Assembly (NCBI GenBank): GCA_963813715.1 | Contig: CAWFAK010000007.1 | Span: forward strand, 640,001 to 704,000 | Reading direction: 5' to 3' | Source of the DNA: an uncultured Planctomycetaceae bacterium | GTDB taxonomy: Bacteria; Planctomycetota; Planctomycetia; Planctomycetales; Planctomycetaceae | DNA: 64,000 nucleotides | Shown: piece after piece, positions 57,273 to 64,000 of the stretch | How positions within the stretch are numbered: position 1 is the stretch's first letter | Layout of the letters: every line of letters starts with the position of its first letter | Program-made: the position numbers and the translations under genes | The notes under the pieces: model-generated | Databases searched by the model: none | What the model saw: the letters and a program-made list of their open reading frames with translations, nothing else | What the model was told of the DNA's origin: nothing

Positions 57273-57407
57273 GCCATTTCGCGTCCCGCCACTTCGGGAG
57301 ATCCGCCAGCGCTGGCGAAACCCTGGCCTACGAGATTTCTCGTCTCGCGCACATTCACGCGATCGACGACCTCTCCCTGAAGGTGGCGAAGCGTTTGATT
57401 CGATCGT

Positions 57408-57797
57408 TTATTTGGCCTTGAGCTTTTCAAGTTCCTCTTTGTTGAGCGCATCAAGCTCGTCCTTCGACGGGACCTTCGCCAGGGCTTCTTTCGCCGCCGC
57501 CGCGACGTCGGGATCCGGATCGTTGGCAAACCGTTCATAGGCCGTCTTCAGCCCGTAGATGCGTGCCGGGGACTCCTCTTCGGCGCTTTTCCTGATGTAT
57601 TTGGCCCGTTCAGGCGGAGTAAGGCCGGCCAGAAAATTCCCGTACGATGTATTCGAGCCCATGCCCATCAGGCTCTGGTAATACTGGCTGTCCTTGAAGG
57701 TGTCTGATTCGACATTGGGGGGAGCAATTCCGGACTTGCCGCACCCGGCGGCAAAGAGCACGCCAAACAAAAGTGCGAGGTAACTGGCATTCCTCAC
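57408..57797 (-). CDS. Small lipoprotein with HEAT-like repeat
   Basis: Lipobox FAAGC; NDPDPDVAAAAKEAL. Confidence 0.7.
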   Translation of the reverse strand: MRNASYLALLFGVLFAAGCGKSGIAPPNVESDTFKDSQYYQSLMGMGSNTSYGNFLAGLTPPERAKYIRKSAEEESPARIYGLKTAYERFANDPDPDVAAAAKEALAKVPSKDELDALNKEELEKLKAK

Positions 57798-57981
57798 GTC
57801 AATTGATCCTTCGCTTTAAGGCCCAAGAGCGCAAGTGACGCGGCCAGTCGACACGGTGACCTGCTGGACCAGGGGCGACGCGTATCACCTGCGCGAAGAA
57901 AACGCAAAAAAGGGCAGGCTGCCAACACGATCGTTGGCAGCCCGCCAATCTTACGAGAACTTAAACCGCAAAGCAGAACGC

Positions 57982-59298
57982 TTACGGTTCGCCGACAGAG
58001 CCGGACACCGTTTCGCCACCCTGCATGGTGGAGAGGCCGGTGTAGATCGACATGTCGATGCTGTCGTTGATGAACTGCACCGAGCCATCGCACAACAGGA
58101 AGAGGCCCCCGTTCGGATGGTCGCTACGGAAGTTCGAGAGACTGCCGATCTCGGGATTCGCAGTCCCCAGGGGCGCCGGGTTGGGCTGGCCATTGCTGGC
58201 ATTCCCGACTCCGGTCAGCGACAGGCTGATCGGCGGGCCGCCGGCTCCCGAAGCCCACGTGCTCGTGCACGTGTTAAAGGCACTGGTCACAAAGGCTGGA
58301 CCGGTGCCGCCCGGAGGACCGCCCAAATCCACAAAGGTGTCGGTCACCGGGTTCTTATTGAGTTGCTCCATCGTGCAGGCGCCGTTGCCGGCCGTCAGCA
58401 CAAATTGGGCAGCAACGGAGTTGTTGGTGCTGTTCACGAACTGATCGTTGACGAGAACCTGAACCCAAACGGGCTGGGGCGCACCCGCCGCAGACGCTGG
58501 GACGCCGAGCGCCAAGACCGCGGCCGGTACCGGCGACGGCCAAGTGGGGGGAGTGAGGCAGTAGCGGCCACGACAAATCGTGAACTTCGGCGTCAGGATC
58601 AAGGGAGACATCGCGGCTTCGCCGATGGCAAACGTGCTGGTCGTGCCGTCCGTGATATCACGGATGCGGGTGTTACCGTTGATGTTGAACACGCCGAGTT
58701 CCCGAGCCGGAATTTTTGAACTCGACCAGCAGAGTTGGTCGCAGACGCCGTGGCAGAGGGCGTAGTTGATCGGGACGTCATAAAGTCCTTGCGACGTCAC
58801 CCCCAGTCCGGGGAACTGATCGGGGAAGGTGTCGGACGGGCAGCGGTACAGCCCACTGGCACCGGCCGCTTGCAGCGCGGTTCGCGTCAGCCCAATCCCG
58901 TTCGTGGCAGCCGTGACCGTTTGGCTGTTGACCGCGCGGTTCCACTGATAGGCGCGGGCAAAGGCGGTCTGCTCGTCGTACGGCGTCATCAGGACGAAGG
59001 CATTGGCCATCGCGTGATCGTAGACATTGCCCGGAAACGGGGCGCCTTGGGACGCCCAAGTGTTGCCATACACGGACGCGCCCATCGGGAACATGCGGCA
59101 GACGTCGTGGTAGTTGTGCATGGCAATGCCGAACTGCTTCAGGTTGTTGCGGCATTGGCTGCGGCGGGCGGCCTCGCGAGCCGCTTGGACGGCCGGAAGC
59201 AGCAGAGCGATGAGCGTCGCGATAATCGCGATCACCACCAACAGCTCGATCAGAGTAAAGCCAGCGCGCCGATCGCGCTTCGGCTCAAGTCGTAACAT
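57982..59298 (-). CDS. DUF1559 prepilin-type protein with H-X9-DG C-terminal motif
   Basis: [55 protein letters not shown]. Confidence 0.95.
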   Translation of the reverse strand: MLRLEPKRDRRAGFTLIELLVVIAIIATLIALLLPAVQAAREAARRSQCRNNLKQFGIAMHNYHDVCRMFPMGASVYGNTWASQGAPFPGNVYDHAMANAFVLMTPYDEQTAFARAYQWNRAVNSQTVTAATNGIGLTRTALQAAGASGLYRCPSDTFPDQFPGLGVTSQGLYDVPINYALCHGVCDQLCWSSSKIPARELGVFNINGNTRIRDITDGTTSTFAIGEAAMSPLILTPKFTICRGRYCLTPPTWPSPVPAAVLALGVPASAAGAPQPVWVQVLVNDQFVNSTNNSVAAQFVLTAGNGACTMEQLNKNPVTDTFVDLGGPPGGTGPAFVTSAFNTCTSTWASGAGGPPISLSLTGVGNASNGQPNPAPLGTANPEIGSLSNFRSDHPNGGLFLLCDGSVQFINDSIDMSIYTGLSTMQGGETVSGSVGEP

Positions 59299-59577
59299 CG
59301 ACAGACTCCTTGGAAAGTTTGGAAACCAAAACGAACTTAGTAGCACCTCAAAACCGCTTGGAAACTTGAGGATTGGGAACGCGAACAGACTCATAAAAGG
59401 TACGCGCGACGATACAGCATTAACGAATAATTGAGCAACCGGGGTGTCACTGAGATTTGCATCGGGGAATCCCCGATCCCCCTGATCCAGATCGCGCGAA
59501 CCGTTCCGCTTTGCGGGCTACTTACAGCGACGGCGACGGCCGGGGCCGCGATGGCATGATGTCCGCTCGCGGCGGTT

Positions 59578-62500
59578 TCATTTCGTCGAGCGCAGCAAGT
59601 ACGCGAGTAGATCGCCGAGCTCAGCTGGCGTTTTGACCAAGCCGGCGGGCATCGGCGACGTCTTTTGCACGCGACGCTGTTCGACCTCCGCGACGGCCAG
59701 CGTCCGCCGCGTCGCATCAGGCAGGAGCAGCTCGATCTTGTCGGCCGTTTCGCTCAGGACAAGCCCTGTGAGCACCTTGCCGTCGCGCATCACGAACGAC
59801 GTCGCGCGGAAGACCGGCGAAACCGTGCGACTCGGGTCGAGGACCGACTCGACCAGGTAGGGAATGGTGAAGCGGGCGGCCGCTCCGGCCAGGCTCGGAC
59901 CGCCGACGGCCGCCGAGGTATCGTCGATCGCGTGACATTTCGCGCAGCCGATGCCATCGGAGCTAAAGAGCTTGCGGCCCCGTTCGGGATTGCCACGACG
60001 GGCGGCGTCAGGCCAGTTCACCGCCAGAAACTCCGGACCAATTGTGCCGCCACCCGCGCCGGCCGACTTGAGCCGACTTAACAGCGCCCCATTGTCGAAC
60101 TTCTCCGGCAACGTCGCGCTCACTTCGCGCAACGTCCGATAGTGAGCGTAGAGTTCGCAAGCCCCCTCGACGTTGTTCACGCGAAATAACAGGTCGTTGC
60201 TGCCCGGTTGCAGATCGAGGTAGACCACGTCCTGCAGCGGCAGCGCGGCGCGGACGCCGGCATATGTCCAGACAGGTTTGCCGTTCTGCCAGATCTTCAG
60301 TCCGTCGTCCGAGCCGGGCAGCAGCAGCATCTGTTGGCGAATGGGACTCGTCACACGGCAGTACGCATAGAACGACGCATCGCCCGCTGGACCGAACGCC
60401 TTGATGAAATCGAACGCCCGCTCGTTCTTAAGCGGCTGCCAGGCGAGCGTTTTGGTCAGCGAACCGTAAGTCGCCGCCAGATCGACGGCCCCCTGCTCCG
60501 GTGGATGCACCGCGGCCAGGCCCCGTCCGCTGTCGGGAAAGGGGCCGATCGCCCACGCTCGACCCATCTGCTTGAGCGGCGCGTTCACCAATCGCCGGCG
60601 TTCCGTCTGCTTCCGCAGAGCGCCAATTTCCGGCTCGGTTCGAGGATCATTGAGCAGCGAGAGAAAATAGGCGGCCTGCAGCCGGACGGGGTCGCTCCGG
60701 TCGGCCAGCCGCTCACGCAGCAACGCGAAGAGTGCCTCTTGCTCGTCCGCATGTTTCGCGGCGCGCCAATGCTCGGCCACCGTGAACAGTCCGAGGCGGC
60801 CGCGCGTCCGCAAGTCGACGGTTTCGTCGAGATACTTCACGTGATAAACGTCGCCCGTCGACCACGGAGCCAGCGGCAGCTCGGTCGGAATCGGCTCCAT
60901 CGGACGGGGAACGGTCAGGCGGAACCCCGCTGCCAGCACTCCCGCGAGACGAGTCGGCTCGTCGGCGTCCGTGCAGGTCGTCTTGAGGAATGACAGCGGC
61001 GCCCGCTCGGCGAGCACTCGCGAGGCCGATTGCCGCAAGTAGGTGTCCGTCGAGCGCGCGACCCGCGTGATCGACTCCAGCGGCACAGGCGACGCCTCGA
61101 AGAAGGCGCAGGTCGCCGCCAATGCCACCTGGGGATCGGAGTCCCTCAAATTCGCCGCGAGGGTCTGCGAGACACGCCGCGTCGCTGCCGAAGAACTCGT
61201 GCAGAGCACGGACGGCTTGCAGTCGCACGGCGGCACTCGAATCAGCCGCCAACTCGCCGAGATGGTCTCGCGCAGCGTCGGAGCGGCCGGCGGCCGTCAG
61301 CCACAGGAGATCCGCAAAGGCCACATCTGCGGACTTCGTTTTCCCCAGTCGTACCGCGGCCTGCTGGAAGCACATCCCCGCCCCGCCGCAGCAGCTCGAG
61401 ATGGGCGCGGCGTCGGACTTCCCAAACGGGCGACGAAAGATCCTGAAACAAAGCCGTTGCATTCCGCGCGGTGATTTCTGCCCGTTCCGGCTTCGGCTGA
61501 GAATCCGCTGCCCGCGGCGATAAGCGAACGAGGTCGCTGGCATAAATCGGCGAGCCTTCGTTGTGTGCCATGTAAGCGATGGTGACGTAGATCGCATTGT
61601 CGGGTGCGACCGTTACGCCGACGGGGCGAGCCTGATTTTTCCCGACGAGCAGCGGCCGCTCGTCCGCGCGAAAACTGGCGCCGCGTGGCGCAAACGGGTA
61701 TCGCATGACGGTTCGCACGCCCCACCGCGCGATCAGCAAATTGTTCCGCAACTGCTGCGGCCAGCCGGCGCCGTCGAGATACGCCTCGGCGACCGGGACG
61801 GCGCGGCCCATGCCGTTAAACATCGTTTCGAGCAAATCGGCCCGGTCCGGCGTAATGTGCGGCATCCAGCCCCGCGGCCAACCGAAGTCCGCCTGCGGCA
61901 CGACATGAATCAGCCGTCCGGGCACGTATGCGTGCGGCAGCGATTCGTGATCGTTGTCGTTGCTGAAGAGATTCCAGTCCCGATCAAAGACCAGGCCGCA
62001 CGGATTGCGGAGCCCGCGGGCGATGACGCGCAGACCGCTGCCGTCGGGATGCATCCGCAAAATCGCTCCCTGCCCCGTGTAGGGGATCCCCGCAGGTTGC
62101 GTCGGTGTGAAGAACGTCCAATGTCCCCAATGATCCGCGCGATCGAAGTCCCCGTAATGAACGAGCGTGTCGCCCATGGAAATATAGAGATCGCCCTCCG
62201 GCCCCCACGCGAGCGCGTGAAAGCACTGGTGCACGTGGTAGAGCGGGACGCCCCACAGCAGCCTTTGGGGTCGCAGTCCTTCGCGTTTCACCACGCCGTC
62301 GGGGATGACGTAGAGCGCCGAGAGCGTGAGCACATACAGATCGTTGCCACGAAAGTCGACGTCGTAGACCCAAGAGTTCGGCGGGAATCTCAGCAACTCG
62401 CGGCGCGGGGCAAATCGCCCGTTGCCCATGGGCTCGTAAACGAACAGTGCTTCCCGCCCGCCGACGAACAGCCGTCCGGTCGTGTCGCCCCGTACCGAAA

Positions 62501-62711
62501 GAAAGGACTCATTCGGCGACGAATCGAGTCGCTCCAATCGCACCTCGGGATCGACAACCGCGTAGTCCAGGCTTGCGACGGGATCCGCGACGGGGCCTGC
62601 GGAGCACGCGACGGCGCCGAAAATCAGCGCCGCCAGGCTGGCCACGGCGCCCGGCGCTAGACGACATGCGAGCACACGAGTGGATTTCAACTGCTGGACG
62701 GGGTGCGACAT
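59578..62711 (-). CDS. PVC-type heme-binding dehydrogenase-like protein (propeller, HEAT repeats, cytochrome c), frameshifted near 61200-61350
   Basis: WGPEGDLY, GLRNPCG, DND; RGRKLF..CAKCH, GPSL, SPMPAG. Confidence 0.85.
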
Positions 62712-63000
62712 TGGAAGAATTTAAGCACAGGGGTGTGAGGTTAGCGAATCAACCAGGCAGGACGGGACAGGCTGGAACACTCAAGGAGCGTCAGTCCCAA
62801 ACTAGTAGAATGGCCCCGCCCCGATCAACGCGCTTGGCGAATGCCTGTCTCGCAGGTTGTAGATTCGCCGCGCCGTCTCTGTTAGCATCGAGCGTCACGC
62901 AAGTTTCCGCCAAATTTCGTCCCAATCGCCGTCATTCCGGGTCTCGCGTCCGATCGAGACCCGCCCATCCTGATGGCCTGCCTTCTCGGTTGGAACCGGC

Positions 63001-64000
63001 ATGACGGGTACCCAAACTCAGGCCGCCACAAAGAGCCAGGCGGGCGGGCGTTCCGGCTCGCCGACCATGCGGCGGATCTTGCGACGAATCACCTGTCCCC
63101 ATTGCTGGGAGCAGTTCGCGCCGGAACGCATCCTCTGGATCTCCGAGCACACCGACCTGCTGGGCGATCCTCGGCTCGGTTCCGAGCATCAGCAGCGGTT
63201 CCTGCCCACGCGGTTTACGGTCGCGGGCGAAGCCATCGACGGCAAGGGGTTTCCCTGCCACTCGCTGGCCTGTCCCAAATGCCATCTCAGCGTGCCGTCG
63301 GCGCTCCTGGAAATGGAGCCTCTCTTCTTTTCGATTTTCGGCGCGCCCGCCAGCGGCAAATCATTCTTCCTGGCCGCGATGGCCTGGGAACTTCGCAAAA
63401 CGCTGCCCCTCACGTTTTCGATCGGATTCTCCGACGCGGATCCGGCCTCCAATCGCCACCTGCACGACTATGAAGAGTCGCTCTTCTCCAGCGGCTCCCC
63501 CAAGAGCCTCGTTCCGCTCGGCAGCCTGATCCGCAAGACGGAGGAGCAAGGCGACCTCTATGACACGGTGGCCTTCGGCACGCAGACCGTGAGCTATCCG
63601 CGGCCTCTGCTGTTTGCGATGCAGCCACAGTCCGGACATCCCAGCGTGGACAAGATGGATCAGCTGTCGAGAGTCCTCTGCCTGTACGACAACGCGGGCG
63701 AATCGTTTCTGCCCGGAAAGGACACAGCCGCCAACCCGGTCACGCGGCACATGGCCCAATCGCGCGTACTCTTTTTCGTGTTCGATCCGACGCAGGACAG
63801 CCGCTTCCAATTGCAGAGTGACGGTCATCGCGTGGTGCAGGAATCGTCGCGCACGTTTCGGCAGGAACCGGTGCTGCAGGAGGCGGCCGCCCGCATTCGT
63901 CGCTACGCGGGCATTCCGCAGAAACAAAAGCACCGCCGGCCGCTAATTGTGATTCTCACTAAGTTCGACGAGTGGTCCCAACTACTCGGCTCCGCCCCGC
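63001..64000 (+). CDS. Zinc-ribbon plus TRAFAC-class GTPase, runs off the window
   Basis: Open frame from ATG 63001 to the end: CPHC..CPKC, G1 GAPASGKS, KT, G3 YDNAGE, G4 TKFD. Confidence 0.85.
   Translation, partial: MTGTQTQAATKSQAGGRSGSPTMRRILRRITCPHCWEQFAPERILWISEHTDLLGDPRLGSEHQQRFLPTRFTVAGEAIDGKGFPCHSLACPKCHLSVPSALLEMEPLFFSIFGAPASGKSFFLAAMAWELRKTLPLTFSIGFSDADPASNRHLHDYEESLFSSGSPKSLVPLGSLIRKTEEQGDLYDTVAFGTQTVSYPRPLLFAMQPQSGHPSVDKMDQLSRVLCLYDNAGESFLPGKDTAANPVTRHMAQSRVLFFVFDPTQDSRFQLQSDGHRVVQESSRTFRQEPVLQEAAARIRRYAGIPQKQKHRRPLIVILTKFDEWSQLLGSAP

Overview
GC-rich bacterial DNA, almost certainly from a planctomycete (DUF1559 prepilin/H-X9-DG protein, DUF1549/1553-DUF1501 pair, PVC-type CxxCH heme protein). 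Many genes are split by single-base indels, most likely long-read errors, so the ORF track fragments them. 1-22.5 kb is core-like: P-II-like protein, PQQ-like propeller, Sua5, a cobalamin locus (5' half of a riboswitch, DUF6580, BtuF-like binder), AmmeMemoRadiSam genes, an ArsR-SRPBCC-DUF899 operon, YcaQ-like protein, lactonase, PilZ and HDOD proteins, and tRNA-Leu(CAG). 22.6-44.9 kb is a ~22 kb genomic island integrated in tRNA-Ala(CGC), bounded by 52-bp direct repeats. It carries a Tad gene block lacking pilin and secretin, run together with a multi-step phosphorelay, plus remnants of an integrase and an XRE regulator. 45-53.5 kb holds glycoside hydrolases, a DUF1549/1553-DUF1501-EF-hand operon and tRNA-Ser(GCT). 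A probable second, integrase-less ~3.7 kb islet follows tRNA-Ser. The window ends with a DUF1559/lipoprotein pair, a PVC heme protein and, absent from the ORF track, a zinc-ribbon TRAFAC GTPase that may begin a GTPase-centred conflict system. Family names come from motif recognition; no searches were run.
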